A DNA stretch of 62,914 nt from positions 1 to 62,914 of the forward strand of contig DASWTR010000031.1 in NCBI GenBank assembly GCA_036402035.1. The letters run 5' to 3'. The translations under genes and the position numbers were made by a program. The stretch's first letter is position 1. Each line of letters starts with the position of its first letter. Below the pieces are notes generated by a model. That model worked only from the letters and a program-made list of their open reading frames with translations. It was not told where the DNA came from and searched no databases. Positions 37,282 through 47,336 of this stretch are shown here, in pieces. The stretch comes from Sphingomicrobium sp. (GTDB lineage: Bacteria; Pseudomonadota; Alphaproteobacteria; Sphingomonadales; Sphingomonadaceae).

Positions 37282-39156
37282 ATGAATATGATCAGCAGGC
37301 GGGCATTGCTCGCGACAGCGGCTTCAACCGCGGCGGCAGCGCCTTTCACCTCGACAGCACTGGCCCAGGCGGTCGGTGCGGCGCCTTCGGAGTCGGGCGC
37401 GCAATGGGACCTGACCCATCTCTATCCGAACGATGCCGCCTGGGAAGCCGAGCGCAAGGCCGTCGCCGCGCAAATCCCCGGCATCGCCAGCTTCAAGGGC
37501 ACGCTCGGGCAATCGGCCGCCGCGCTGCTCACCGCGTCCGATGCCATTTCCCAGCTCAACAAGCGCGCCGCCCGGTTGCTGGTCTATGCGACCCTCAAGG
37601 CGGACGAGGACTTGCGCATCGCCCCCAACCAGGAGCGGCGGCAGCTCGCCAACGAGCTGTTCACCCAATTGGGCGAGGCCTCGTCCTGGATCGGGCCGGA
37701 ATTGCTAGGCGTCGGCAAGGCCAAGGTTGACAGCTTCATTGCCAGCGAGCCGCGCCTCGGCAAGTTCGCCTTCCAGTTGGGCGAGACCTTCCGGCTCGCG
37801 CCGCATACGCTCGACGCCAAGGGCGAAGAAGTCCTCGCCGCGGCGTCATCGCCGCTCAATGGCCCCGACGAGATTCGCGGACAATTGGTTTCGTCCGACA
37901 TTCCCTGGCCGGAAATCACATTGTCCACGGGCAAGAAGGTCCGACTCGACTCCCAGGGCTATACGCTCAATCGCGACGCGCCCAACCGGGCCGATCGGAA
38001 GCTGGTGTTCGACACCTTCTGGGCGGCGTTCAAGCAATATGAAAACTCGCTCGGCGCCAATCTTGCGACCAAGGTGCGCGGCGACATCTTCGTCGCCAAG
38101 TCGCGCAATTATCCAACCTCGCTGGCGGCCGCTCTTGCCGGCAATAACATCCCGGAGGCGGTCTATCGGACCCTCGTCGCCGAAGCCAACCGCGGCCTGC
38201 CGACGCTGCACCGCTATTTCGCGCTCCGGCAGCGCATGCTGAAGCTGCCGGACATCGGCTATTGGGATATCTACCCCCCGCTGGTCTCGATCGACCGCCG
38301 CTTCACCCTGGCCGACATGCGGCGGCTCACGCTCGAGGCCAATGCACCGCTCGGCCGCGAATATCTCGACCCGCTGTCGCTCGGCACGTCGCAGCGATGG
38401 ATGGATCCGTTCCCGCGCCAGGGAAAATCGCCCGGCGCCTACATGTTCGGCGCGGCTTATGACGTCCATCCCTACCTCCTGCTCAACCTGAAGGAGGATT
38501 ATTCGGGGTTGACGACCTACGCCCACGAATGGGGCCATGCCGTCCATTCAATGCTCGCCAAGGCAAACCAGCCGTGGGAAACCGCCGGCTATTCGACCTT
38601 CACCGCCGAGCTTGCGTCGACCGGCAACGAGCAGCTGCTGATCGCGCACATGCTCAAGAACGCTAAGACCCGGGAGGAGAAGCTCTTCTATCTCGGCCAG
38701 CAGATGGAGGGGTTCCGCGGCACCTTCTTCCGCCAGACGATGTTCGCGGAGTTCGAGCTCAAGATCCACGACATGGCCGAGGCCGGCGAGGCATTGTCCG
38801 GCGCCGCGTTCACGCGCATCTACGGCGACCTGCTACGCAAATATCACGGTCCGGCGATGAAGCTGGAGCCCAATTACTCGGTCGAGTGGGCGTTCATCTC
38901 CCACTTCCTGTCGTACAATTTCTACATCTTCCAATATGCAACCTCGATCACCGGATCGGTTCATTTCGCCGACCGCATATTGAACGGCTCCAATGCCGGG
39001 CGCGACGCCTTCCTCGGCGTGCTCAAGGCCGGTGGCTCCGATCATCCGACCAACCTCCTCAGGAAAGCCGGCCTCGACCTGGCTTCGCCCGAGCCCTATC
39101 GCCAGCTAGTGGCGGCATTCGACCGCGCATTGGACGAAGCGGAGAAATTGATCTGA
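37282..39156 (+). CDS. pepF: Oligoendopeptidase F (M3B) with a Tat signal
   Basis: SRRALL twin-arginine leader plus WDLTHLY, GAY, HEWGH and AELAST motifs. Confidence 0.9.
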   Translation: MNMISRRALLATAASTAAAAPFTSTALAQAVGAAPSESGAQWDLTHLYPNDAAWEAERKAVAAQIPGIASFKGTLGQSAAALLTASDAISQLNKRAARLLVYATLKADEDLRIAPNQERRQLANELFTQLGEASSWIGPELLGVGKAKVDSFIASEPRLGKFAFQLGETFRLAPHTLDAKGEEVLAAASSPLNGPDEIRGQLVSSDIPWPEITLSTGKKVRLDSQGYTLNRDAPNRADRKLVFDTFWAAFKQYENSLGANLATKVRGDIFVAKSRNYPTSLAAALAGNNIPEAVYRTLVAEANRGLPTLHRYFALRQRMLKLPDIGYWDIYPPLVSIDRRFTLADMRRLTLEANAPLGREYLDPLSLGTSQRWMDPFPRQGKSPGAYMFGAAYDVHPYLLLNLKEDYSGLTTYAHEWGHAVHSMLAKANQPWETAGYSTFTAELASTGNEQLLIAHMLKNAKTREEKLFYLGQQMEGFRGTFFRQTMFAEFELKIHDMAEAGEALSGAAFTRIYGDLLRKYHGPAMKLEPNYSVEWAFISHFLSYNFYIFQYATSITGSVHFADRILNGSNAGRDAFLGVLKAGGSDHPTNLLRKAGLDLASPEPYRQLVAAFDRALDEAEKLI

Positions 39157-39191
39157 CGTCGGCGGTGATCACCTCGGCCCAACAGTGCTCA

Positions 39192-39959
39192 TCAGGCCAC
39201 GCGGCGAAGCCTTGCGGGTTCTGTCGGTTGTGGATGATCCCAGGCTGGCAATTCGCCGTTGCATTCGATCGTGCCTGACTCGATCAACTTCTGGAGTCGC
39301 CAGCGCAGGAACAAATCAGATATTGGCTGATCAGCATGCGCCATCGCGTTACCGACCACCCGGGACCACTTGGTCCAATCGGAAGGACACCAGCTCAAAA
39401 TCCATTGATCGTAATGGTCGCTAGGAGCGCTCTGCAGTACGTCATTTTCGGTCACCCGCAATACTGCGGCATCATCCATGAGAAGGCTCCACTTATCGCG
39501 CGGAAATCGCCAGCTATCCCACTCATGCCGCGGACCACTGTCGAGGAGTTGACCCATCAAGTCTGGGCCAAGCTCACCCAGGCTTTGTGGAATTCCGCCG
39601 CGCCTCGAACCCAGTAGCGGATAGTCCGCGACAATAATTTGACTGGGTGGATTCTCAGAATGATGCATGAACCAAAAGAGGCCGCACTGCTCCTGGGCCG
39701 ATCTCGGTGCAATCCAGGTAAGCCAATCTTCGTCAGCGGCAACTTCGGTTAGGAACTTGGAATGACACTCAGCCAGCCAGGCCCAATCGAAGCCTGCAAT
39801 CTCCTCAAACCATCGTAGGCGATCGGCAACTCTGTCTGACGCAATCCAACCCCAATCGAGCCACTCGGTAAGATCGACGACGCGATCCCTGATCCCGCGC
39901 GACCGGAGGGCTTGACGCAGCGTACCTGCGGCTGACGGGCTGAAGAGAATGTGGATCAT
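39192..39959 (-). CDS. DUF1835/DUF3658 domain protein
   Basis: IHILFSPSAAGTLRQAL N-terminus and SRVVGNAM...DLFLRWRLQKL C-terminus; AT-richer codons than its neighbours. Confidence 0.7.
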   Translation of the reverse strand: MIHILFSPSAAGTLRQALRSRGIRDRVVDLTEWLDWGWIASDRVADRLRWFEEIAGFDWAWLAECHSKFLTEVAADEDWLTWIAPRSAQEQCGLFWFMHHSENPPSQIIVADYPLLGSRRGGIPQSLGELGPDLMGQLLDSGPRHEWDSWRFPRDKWSLLMDDAAVLRVTENDVLQSAPSDHYDQWILSWCPSDWTKWSRVVGNAMAHADQPISDLFLRWRLQKLIESGTIECNGELPAWDHPQPTEPARLRRVA

Positions 39960-39965
39960 GGATGA

Positions 39966-40748
39966 TTAAATGAGCCCCGCCAGCGGGCTGCTGGGATCGG
40001 CATAACGCCGCTTGGCCATACGGCCCGAAAGATAGGCTAGCCGCCCGCTTTCGACCGCCAGCTTCATCGCCCGCGCCATCATGACGGGGTCCTTGGCCTC
40101 GGCGATGGCGGTGTTCATTAGCACCCCATCGCAACCCAGCTCCATCGCCACCGCCGCATCGCTCGCCGTGCCGACGCCGGCATCGACCAGCACTGGCACC
40201 GACGCGCCCTCGACGATCAGGCGGATGGTGACGAGGTTCTGGATGCCGAGGCCCGATCCGATCGGCGCGCCCAGCGGCATGATCGCCACCGCCCCGGCTT
40301 CCTCCAGCTGCTTCGCCGCGATCGGATCGTCGACGCAATAGACCATCGGCTTGAAGCCTTCATTGGCCAGTATCTCGGTCGCGCGCAGCGTCTCGCGCAT
40401 GTCGGGGTAGAGCGTCTTGGCCTCGCCCAGCACCTCCAGCTTGACCAGGTCCCAGCCACCCGCCTCGCGCGCCAGCCGCAGCGTCCGGATCGCCTCCTCG
40501 GCGGTGAAGCAACCGGCGGTGTTGGGCAGATAGGTGATCTTCTTGGGGTCGATGAAATCCATCAGCATCGGCTGCTTGGGATCGCTGATATTGACCCGCC
40601 GCACCGCCACCGTGACGATCTCCGCGCCCGACGCTTCGACCGCCGCCGCGTTCTGCTCGAAATCCTTATATTTGCCCGTGCCGACGATCAGCCGCGAGGT
40701 GAAGGTGCGGCCGGCTACGGTCCAAGAGTCAGGCAACACGTCAGTCAA
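39966..40748 (-). CDS. thiG: Thiazole synthase
   Basis: [22 protein letters not shown] and DAGVG motifs. Confidence 0.97.
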   Translation of the reverse strand: MTDVLPDSWTVAGRTFTSRLIVGTGKYKDFEQNAAAVEASGAEIVTVAVRRVNISDPKQPMLMDFIDPKKITYLPNTAGCFTAEEAIRTLRLAREAGGWDLVKLEVLGEAKTLYPDMRETLRATEILANEGFKPMVYCVDDPIAAKQLEEAGAVAIMPLGAPIGSGLGIQNLVTIRLIVEGASVPVLVDAGVGTASDAAVAMELGCDGVLMNTAIAEAKDPVMMARAMKLAVESGRLAYLSGRMAKRRYADPSSPLAGLI

Positions 40749-40751
40749 AAC

Positions 40752-40970
40752 TCAACCCCCGCCAACGAAGTGGACGATCTCATAGGCGTCGCCATCCTCG
40801 ACGATGACATCGCCGAACGTCGACCGCGGGACGATCTCCAGATTGCGCTCCACCGCGACGCGGAGCGGGTCGAGGCCGACCTCGGCGATCAGCTGTGCCA
40901 GCGAGGTGCCCGCCGGCACCCGTCGGTGCTCGCCGTTGATGATCACGCCTGCGCTACCGTCCAGACTCAT
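40752..40970 (-). CDS. thiS: Sulfur carrier protein
   Basis: INGE...VAVERN...EIVHFVGGG, ending in the C-terminal GG. Confidence 0.95.
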   Translation of the reverse strand: MSLDGSAGVIINGEHRRVPAGTSLAQLIAEVGLDPLRVAVERNLEIVPRSTFGDVIVEDGDAYEIVHFVGGG

Positions 40971-41027
40971 GCAATCAGCCACGCTTTCGCTTCACGGATG
41001 AACTTGCGGCCCATATAGGGGCTCTCC

Positions 41028-41468
41028 ATGCCGACGCCACCGCTGATCTTCGTGCTCAACGGGCCCAACCTCAATCTTCTCGGCTCACGCGAGCCAGAAA
41101 TCTATGGCAGCGAGACGCTCGACGACATCGCGGCGCGGCTAAGTGAGCAAGCCGACCAGCTTGGCGTGGCGCTCGACATCCGCCAGTCCAATCATGAGGG
41201 ACATTTGATCGATTGGCTGCATGAGGCGCAGGCCAAGGGCGCCAAGGCCGTCATCATCAATCCGGGCGGTTACAGCCACACCTCGGTGGCGCTGCACGAC
41301 GCGGTCAAGGCGATTACGACTCCGGTGATCGAGGTTCATCTGAGCGATCCGGAAACGAGGGAGCCCTTCCGCCACGTCGACCTGGTCGCGCTGGCTGCCA
41401 CGCAGTTGATCAAGGGCCACGGCGCCATCGGTTATTCGCTGGCACTGGACGCGGCGGCCCGGCTCTGA
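41028..41468 (+). CDS. aroQ: Type II 3-dehydroquinate dehydratase
   Basis: [24 protein letters not shown] and IEVHLS motifs. Confidence 0.96.
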   Translation: MPTPPLIFVLNGPNLNLLGSREPEIYGSETLDDIAARLSEQADQLGVALDIRQSNHEGHLIDWLHEAQAKGAKAVIINPGGYSHTSVALHDAVKAITTPVIEVHLSDPETREPFRHVDLVALAATQLIKGHGAIGYSLALDAAARL

Positions 41469-41503
41469 CAGGGAGCAGCGCCATGGAAAACAAGGGGTTG
41501 ATA

Positions 41504-41989
41504 ATGGCCGATCCGAAGGAACAGCAGGCGATGCGCGTAGACACCGCGCTGGTCAAGGAACTCGCCGAGTTGCTGTCCGCCAACGAGCTGACCGAGATCG
41601 AGGTCGAGGACGGCGACCGCAAGATCAAGGTAAAGCGCGAAGCCGCGCCGGTTGTATCCTATGCGCCAGCGCCGGCGGCCGCAGCGCCTACCGCCGCCCC
41701 CGTGCCAATCGCTTCCGGTCCAGCCTCGGCTGAACCTGCGCCGGCCGCCGCACCAGCCGACGCTGTGAAGTCGCCTATGGTTGGCACTGCCTATCTCTCT
41801 CCCGAGCCCGGCGCCAAGCCGTTCATCGCGCCCGGCCAAGCAATCAAGCAGGGCGATACGCTGCTGATCATTGAAGCGATGAAGGTGATGAACCCGATCA
41901 CCGCACCCAAGGCTGGCAAGGTCGCGCAGATCCTGATCGGCGACGCCCAGCCGGTCGAGTTCGACCAGCCGCTCGTTGTCATCGAGTAG
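41504..41989 (+). CDS. accB: Acetyl-CoA carboxylase biotin carboxyl carrier protein
   Basis: Ala/Pro linker, SPMVGT and the biotin motif EAMKVMN. Confidence 0.96.
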   Translation: MADPKEQQAMRVDTALVKELAELLSANELTEIEVEDGDRKIKVKREAAPVVSYAPAPAAAAPTAAPVPIASGPASAEPAPAAAPADAVKSPMVGTAYLSPEPGAKPFIAPGQAIKQGDTLLIIEAMKVMNPITAPKAGKVAQILIGDAQPVEFDQPLVVIE

Positions 41990-41995
41990 CACGCT

Positions 41996-43360
41996 GTGGC
42001 CATTCAAAAGCTCCTGATCGCCAACCGCGGCGAGATCGCCTTGCGCATCCATCGTGCTTGCCACGAACTCGGCATCAAGACGGTGGCGGTCCATTCGACC
42101 GCCGACGCCGATGCGATGCATGTCCGGCTGGCCGACGAAGCCGTCTGCATCGGCCCGCCGCCGGCCAAGGACAGCTATCTCAACATCGCCAACATCATCT
42201 CGGCGGCCGAGATCACCCACGCCGACGCCGTCCATCCTGGTTACGGCTTTCTCAGCGAGAACGCCCAGTTCGCGGAGATCGTCGAGAGCCATAACCTGAT
42301 CTGGGTCGGGCCCAAGCCCGAACATATCCGGATCATGGGCGACAAGATCGAGGCCAAGAACACCGCGGAGAAGCTCGGCCTGCCTTTGGTGCCCGGCTCG
42401 CCCGGTCCGCTGAACAGCGTTGAGGAGGCGAAGGGGATCGCCGCAAGCATCGGCTATCCGGTGCTGATCAAGGCCGCTTCGGGCGGCGGCGGGCGCGGGA
42501 TGAAGGTCGTACCGTCCGAAGATCAGCTCGAAAGCCTGATGAGCCAGGCCTCGTCGGAAGCCAATGCGGCGTTCGGCGACCCGACTGTCTACATGGAAAA
42601 ATATCTCGGCGACCCGCGGCACATCGAGTTCCAGGTATTCGGCGACGGCAACGGCCAGGCGATCCATCTCGGCGAACGCGACTGCTCGATCCAGCGCCGC
42701 CACCAGAAAGTGATCGAAGAGGCGCCCTCGCCGGTCATCTCAGCCGAGCAACGCGCGGAAATGGGCGGGATCGTCGCCAAGGCCATGGCTGAAATGGGCT
42801 ATCGCGGCGCGGGGACGATCGAATTCCTCTACGAGGACGGCAAATTCTACTTCATCGAGATGAACACGAGGCTGCAGGTCGAGCATCCGGTGACCGAGCT
42901 GATCAGCGACATCGACCTGGTTGCCGAGCAAATCCGCGTCGCCCAGGGTGATGGCCTGTCGGTGACGCAGGACCAGGTCAATCTCCACGGCCACGCGATC
43001 GAGTGCCGCATCAACGCCGAGGACCCGCAGACCTTCGCCCCCTCGCCCGGCCTGGTGAAAAATTATGTCGCGCCGGGCGGGATGCATGTCCGCGTCGATA
43101 GCGGCCTTTATGCCGGCTATAAGGTCCCGCCCTATTACGACAGCATGATCGGCAAGCTGATCGTCTATGGCACCGACCGCGAAAGCTGCATCCGCCGCTT
43201 GAAGCGGGCGCTGGAAGAATTCGTGGTCGACGGGATGAAAACCACCGTCCCGCTGCACCAGCGGATCATCGCCGACCCGGCGTTCCTCAGCGGCGACTAC
43301 ACCATCAAGTGGCTGGAGCGCTGGCTGGACGAGAATAAGGCGCCGGAAGCGGCCGAATAG
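41996..43360 (+). CDS. accC: Acetyl-CoA carboxylase biotin carboxylase
   Basis: [24 protein letters not shown] and [10 protein letters not shown] motifs. Confidence 0.97.
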   Translation: MAIQKLLIANRGEIALRIHRACHELGIKTVAVHSTADADAMHVRLADEAVCIGPPPAKDSYLNIANIISAAEITHADAVHPGYGFLSENAQFAEIVESHNLIWVGPKPEHIRIMGDKIEAKNTAEKLGLPLVPGSPGPLNSVEEAKGIAASIGYPVLIKAASGGGGRGMKVVPSEDQLESLMSQASSEANAAFGDPTVYMEKYLGDPRHIEFQVFGDGNGQAIHLGERDCSIQRRHQKVIEEAPSPVISAEQRAEMGGIVAKAMAEMGYRGAGTIEFLYEDGKFYFIEMNTRLQVEHPVTELISDIDLVAEQIRVAQGDGLSVTQDQVNLHGHAIECRINAEDPQTFAPSPGLVKNYVAPGGMHVRVDSGLYAGYKVPPYYDSMIGKLIVYGTDRESCIRRLKRALEEFVVDGMKTTVPLHQRIIADPAFLSGDYTIKWLERWLDENKAPEAAE

Positions 43361-43395
43361 CGCATCCATCGGCAGGGGAAACGCGTTTCCCCGCC

Positions 43396-44106
43396 ATGTC
43401 GAATTACCGCGCCGCGCCATCCCGGCCGGACAAGGCCAAGGCCATTGCGGGCGTTGCCGCGGTCTATGCGGCGATCGTCGGCGCGGTTCTGCTGATGCCA
43501 GCGGACTCGCCGCTGCGGGTTGGCGAACAGGAGCCCACTGTCCTGATCGACGTCAAGGAATTGCCCGAGCCCCAGCCTCCGCCCGAAGAGCAGCCCGGCC
43601 GGGCCGAGGAAGAGGAAGGCGCCGCCGGCAAGAAGGCCGAGCCGACGCCGGTCGTGGCGCCTCAGCCGAGGATCGAAGTGCCCGCTAGGCCGCCGGTGAC
43701 TGCTGCTCCGATCGCGGGAACTGGCAACGCGGCGACTGCCGGCGCGGCGACGACCGGCACCGGGCCCGGTGCCGGGGGCTCCGGAACCGGCCGCGGCGGT
43801 GGCGGAAGCGGCGGCGGCGGCATCGGCACCGAGGCGCGACTCCTCGGCGGCAACTCTTCAAAGCTTCCCTCGCGCCTGCTCCGCGGCTTCGCCGCCGACC
43901 GCGGTTATGGTCACCTCTGGCTGACCGTCACGGAGACCGGACGCGTGTCCGATTGCAGTGTTATGCAAAGCACTGGTGACGCCCAGGTCGACCAGGCGCT
44001 GTGCGGACTGATGGTCAGGCAAAGCCGCTGGGCGCCGGCCCGCGACCGCCAGGGCCGCCCAATCTCGGTCAAGGTCCGCTACACCGCGACCTGGACCAAG
44101 AATTAG
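43396..44106 (+). CDS. Energy transducer TonB family protein
   Basis: N-terminal TM helix, Pro/Gly-rich linker and TonB_C-like VTETGRVSDCSV...WAPARD. Confidence 0.8.
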   Translation: MSNYRAAPSRPDKAKAIAGVAAVYAAIVGAVLLMPADSPLRVGEQEPTVLIDVKELPEPQPPPEEQPGRAEEEEGAAGKKAEPTPVVAPQPRIEVPARPPVTAAPIAGTGNAATAGAATTGTGPGAGGSGTGRGGGGSGGGGIGTEARLLGGNSSKLPSRLLRGFAADRGYGHLWLTVTETGRVSDCSVMQSTGDAQVDQALCGLMVRQSRWAPARDRQGRPISVKVRYTATWTKN

Positions 44107-45431
44107 CGGACTGCGATCTGCTCGCTGCTTGCACCGGCCAGCATCGACCGATCCTTACCGTAAATATCCTGATAGAAGACGATGTGGTCTCCGCTCGGCA
44201 CCGCTGTCTGGTAGATCAGATAAACTGGCATCGGCGTGGGCAAGTCGACAGGCTCTTCGGTCCTCGCCCCACGCCAGCTGAGCGGTCTGCCGTAAATCCA
44301 TTGGGCCAGCCGCGGCGCATCCTCCAGCCGCACGCATCCTCCGCTGAACAGCCTGGCATCCTCATTCAGCAGTTCCTTGTTGGGCGTATCGTGCAGATAA
44401 ATGCCCTGCGGGTTGGGGAACATGAACTTCATCCGGCCCATCGAATTGTAACGTCCCGGCTCCTGACGCAGGCGGACCAATATCTTGCCGGCGGCAACCG
44501 CTTCCCAATCGACCGTCGAAGGATCGACCGGCTGCGCCCTGTCGCCCCAATCGGACAAGAGAATATACCCATTCTCATGGAGGTAGCTGAGGCCTTGTTT
44601 CACCACATATGGCGCGACCCGCTCGGCGGCGAGATCCGGCGGCACCTGCCAATAAGGATTGAGCGCGGTGAACTTGATCGTCGCAGCCATCATCGGCGTC
44701 GGCTGATGCGCCTTGCCCACTACGACGCGCATCTCGTCGACGACCTTGCCGCCTTCATACATATAAAGTTTCTGGGCAGCGGTATTGACCAGCACATAGC
44801 GGCCGTCGGCCGGTAGCAATCGAACCCGCTGAAGGTTGATCCTTAACAAGTCTGCGGAGGCGCGGTCGCCAAGTGCCTCGGATCTGGCCAGTGCGCGGCG
44901 GAGATCGGCATAGCTGCGGTGCATAAATGGCATGGCCTTGAGCCACATCTCGAGCGATGGTGCCCGAGCGGCCTCGGCCAACAGCTCATCTGCGGATGGT
45001 GCCGCCGGAATTGCCTCGCGGTCGTTGACGATCCAGTCGCGCGTCGGCGCCTGCCGCAGCGCGGTCACATAGGCCACCAGCGCCTCGTCGAGCAGGGCGT
45101 TCGCCTTGGCGACCGCGCTGGCCCTGCCCTCCTCAGCGGCGAGCACTGCGCGCTTCAATCGCTTGGTGTCGAAGCTTTTCGGATCGAGGCCGTCGAGAGC
45201 AGCGCTTTGCAGCAATCCGATCAAATGCTGTGCGGCCCGATCGTCCCCGGACCTGACCCATTGGGGCCCGCCTGCTTCCTCGTTCGATTGAGTGAAGACG
45301 GCCGCCGCCGAAACCGGCTCGGCTGGCGCAGCCACAAGCAACGCGCCGGCCGCCAGTACGGCGAAGCCCGCCGGGCGCACTTGGCGTCCGACGGGCTTCG
45401 GGAAGGATCGCGTAGCGATCTCTGCTTCCAT
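44103..45431 (-). CDS. L,D-transpeptidase (YcbB/LdtD-like)
   Basis: VVVGK..PTP, NPYWQVP, GRMKFMFPN and YLHDTP...SGGCVRL motifs. Confidence 0.9.
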   Translation of the reverse strand: MEAEIATRSFPKPVGRQVRPAGFAVLAAGALLVAAPAEPVSAAAVFTQSNEEAGGPQWVRSGDDRAAQHLIGLLQSAALDGLDPKSFDTKRLKRAVLAAEEGRASAVAKANALLDEALVAYVTALRQAPTRDWIVNDREAIPAAPSADELLAEAARAPSLEMWLKAMPFMHRSYADLRRALARSEALGDRASADLLRINLQRVRLLPADGRYVLVNTAAQKLYMYEGGKVVDEMRVVVGKAHQPTPMMAATIKFTALNPYWQVPPDLAAERVAPYVVKQGLSYLHENGYILLSDWGDRAQPVDPSTVDWEAVAAGKILVRLRQEPGRYNSMGRMKFMFPNPQGIYLHDTPNKELLNEDARLFSGGCVRLEDAPRLAQWIYGRPLSWRGARTEEPVDLPTPMPVYLIYQTAVPSGDHIVFYQDIYGKDRSMLAGASSEQIAVR

Positions 45432-45989
45432 TTAGCCCCTCTCGCCCGCCATCGGGGGAGGAGCCGAGCTCGGGGCATAGCCTGACGGCGTGCCCTGATA
45501 ATATTGGCCGTTGTAGACATAGCCGTCGGCCTGTCCGTCACGGTCGTTATCGGCCCAGACGGCCCCAGCGAGACCGCCGACCGCCGCGCCAATCACGGCG
45601 CCCGTGATCGGGCTCAGGCCAGGAATGACTGCACCGGCCACGGCACCGAGCGCCGCGCCACCGATGGCGCCGGTCGCAACGCGACGAAGCGTCGGATCAT
45701 AGCCCTGCGGAGTGCCGGCATAATAGGTGCCGTTCTGGACATAGCCGTCAGCATAGCCGTCACGGTCATTGTCGGCCCACACTGCACCGGCGAGACCGCC
45801 GATTGCTGCGCCAACTGCCGCACCTTCGATTACGCTGACGCCCGGGACCACCGCGCCAGCCACAACGCCGCCGGCCGCGCCGACTGCCGCGCCCTGCGCG
45901 ATATCGCCAGCCGTTTCACTGTCGGTCGCGCAAGCGCCAAGCGACATCGAACCGGCGAGCAGGACTGCGAGTACTGATTTCCGCATCAT
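45432..45989 (-). CDS. Glycine-zipper lipoprotein with duplicated DxDxDG modules
   Basis: Lipobox LGAC and two copies of glycine zipper + VWADNDRDG(Y/Q)ADGYV. Confidence 0.8.
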   Translation of the reverse strand: MMRKSVLAVLLAGSMSLGACATDSETAGDIAQGAAVGAAGGVVAGAVVPGVSVIEGAAVGAAIGGLAGAVWADNDRDGYADGYVQNGTYYAGTPQGYDPTLRRVATGAIGGAALGAVAGAVIPGLSPITGAVIGAAVGGLAGAVWADNDRDGQADGYVYNGQYYQGTPSGYAPSSAPPPMAGERG

Positions 45990-46073
45990 CTGACTCCCTT
46001 TTCAAACTTCCAAAAATGGACCGTGCCCCAGGACCCAGTGCCCCCGGCGGCAGTGCACAAGTCACGTCGGCCA

Positions 46074-46098
46074 AACGACAATCGATGGAGGAGGTTCC
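46074..46098 (-). promoter_or_regulatory. EcfG/sigmaT general-stress promoter
   Basis: The minus strand reads GGAAC-N16-CGTT, an exact consensus match upstream of the lipoprotein-LDT pair. Confidence 0.7.
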
Positions 46099-46194
46099 GC
46101 TTGTTCAACGATTCAGCGCTTCGCATGGCCGATACCATTGTTATGTGCCGCCCCTCTGTGGCACGCTTGGAAACGCGAATTAAACGGGACCGAA

Positions 46195-46542
46195 ATGAAA
46201 GCCACGATCTACCATAATCCGATGTGCGGCACCTCGCGCAAGACGTTGGAAATATTGTACAATGAAGGCGCCGACGTGTCGGTGATCGAGTATCTGAAGG
46301 CGCCTCCCAGCCGGGAGGAACTGAAGCGACTCTACGACCGGGCCGGGATCACGCCGCGTGACGGATTGCGGGCCAAGGAACCATTGGCGGAGGAGCTTGG
46401 GCTGACTCGGCCCGACGTTTCGGATGACGAGATTTTGGACGCGATGATGGAACATCCGATCCTGATCCAGCGTCCATTGGTGGAGACCGAAAAGGGCGTC
46501 CGCCTGTGCCGCCCGCAAGAGGAAGTGCGCCAACTGCTGTGA
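46195..46542 (+). CDS. arsC: ArsC family (glutaredoxin-type) arsenate reductase-like protein
   Basis: IYHNPMCGTSR...HPILIQRP...RLCRP pattern. Confidence 0.85.
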   Translation: MKATIYHNPMCGTSRKTLEILYNEGADVSVIEYLKAPPSREELKRLYDRAGITPRDGLRAKEPLAEELGLTRPDVSDDEILDAMMEHPILIQRPLVETEKGVRLCRPQEEVRQLL

Positions 46543-47336
46543 GTGAGGGCCTGGATCCGCGAATGCTTCTGAGAGGCTACGCGGCCGGCATTTTCCCCAT
46601 GGCCGACAGCCGCGACGCGGGCGATATCTTCTGGGTCGAGCCGCGCAGCCGGGCGATTATCCCGCTGGATCGGTTTCACCTGTCGCGTTCGCTGGCGCGA
46701 AGACTGCGCTCCGGACGGTTCACCGTCACTCGCGACACCGCATTCCATGATGTGCTGCTGGCCTGCGCCGACCGGGAAGAAACCTGGATCAATTCGGCCA
46801 TCGAACGCGCGACGCTGGGTCTTCATGCTGTCGGGCATGCTCATTCGATAGAATGCTGGCATCAAGGCAATCTGGTCGGCGGCCTTTACGGCGTGAAGCT
46901 AGGCCGGGCCTTCTTCGGGGAATCGATGTTCAGCTTGATGACCGACGCGTCGAAGGTCGCGCTGGCCTGGCTGGTGGCGCGGCTCAAGGTCGGCCGTTTC
47001 ACTTTGCTTGACTGCCAGTTCATGACGCCGCACCTCGCCTCGCTCGGCGCAACGACGGTCAGCCGGGACAATTATGTGGGATTGCTAGGCACCGCGCTGT
47101 CATCGGTTGGCGTGTCGACCGGTGGTGGCGCGCCATCCGCGGGCGGAGCATCGGTTGTAACCGGCGCTTCATCGACCGTGTTGCCCCCACCGGAGTTCGA
47201 GGCGCTCGATCGGCTTCTTGAGGAGGTCGGCGCCGCGGGTGCCGCCGGGCCGGCCGGCCAGCTCATCGTGCAACTCTTGGGCCAGACGTCGTACACCGCA
47301 TCCTCGACCACGTTCAGCGACGGGCTTTCCTTGTAG
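46539..47336 (+). CDS. aat: Leucyl/phenylalanyl-tRNA-protein transferase
   Basis: YAAGIFPM, ETWIN, AHSIECW, FFGESMFS and DASKVAL motifs; the GTG overlaps the arsC stop. Confidence 0.93.
   Translation: MSEGLDPRMLLRGYAAGIFPMADSRDAGDIFWVEPRSRAIIPLDRFHLSRSLARRLRSGRFTVTRDTAFHDVLLACADREETWINSAIERATLGLHAVGHAHSIECWHQGNLVGGLYGVKLGRAFFGESMFSLMTDASKVALAWLVARLKVGRFTLLDCQFMTPHLASLGATTVSRDNYVGLLGTALSSVGVSTGGGAPSAGGASVVTGASSTVLPPPEFEALDRLLEEVGAAGAAGPAGQLIVQLLGQTSYTASSTTFSDGLSL

Noticed and set aside
43375-43392. Perfect palindrome GGGGAAACGCGTTTCCCC before tonB as a novel element
   Set aside because: It is single-copy and most simply explained as an accC 3' hairpin or local operator; there is no further support.
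44330-44400. SGGC instead of SHGC in the L,D-transpeptidase as a sign of inactivation
   Set aside because: The catalytic His (HDTP) and Cys are both retained, and this position tolerates variation.
46195-46542. Arsenic-resistance operon
   Set aside because: There is no adjacent arsB/acr3 or arsR. This is a lone ArsC-family gene coupled to aat.
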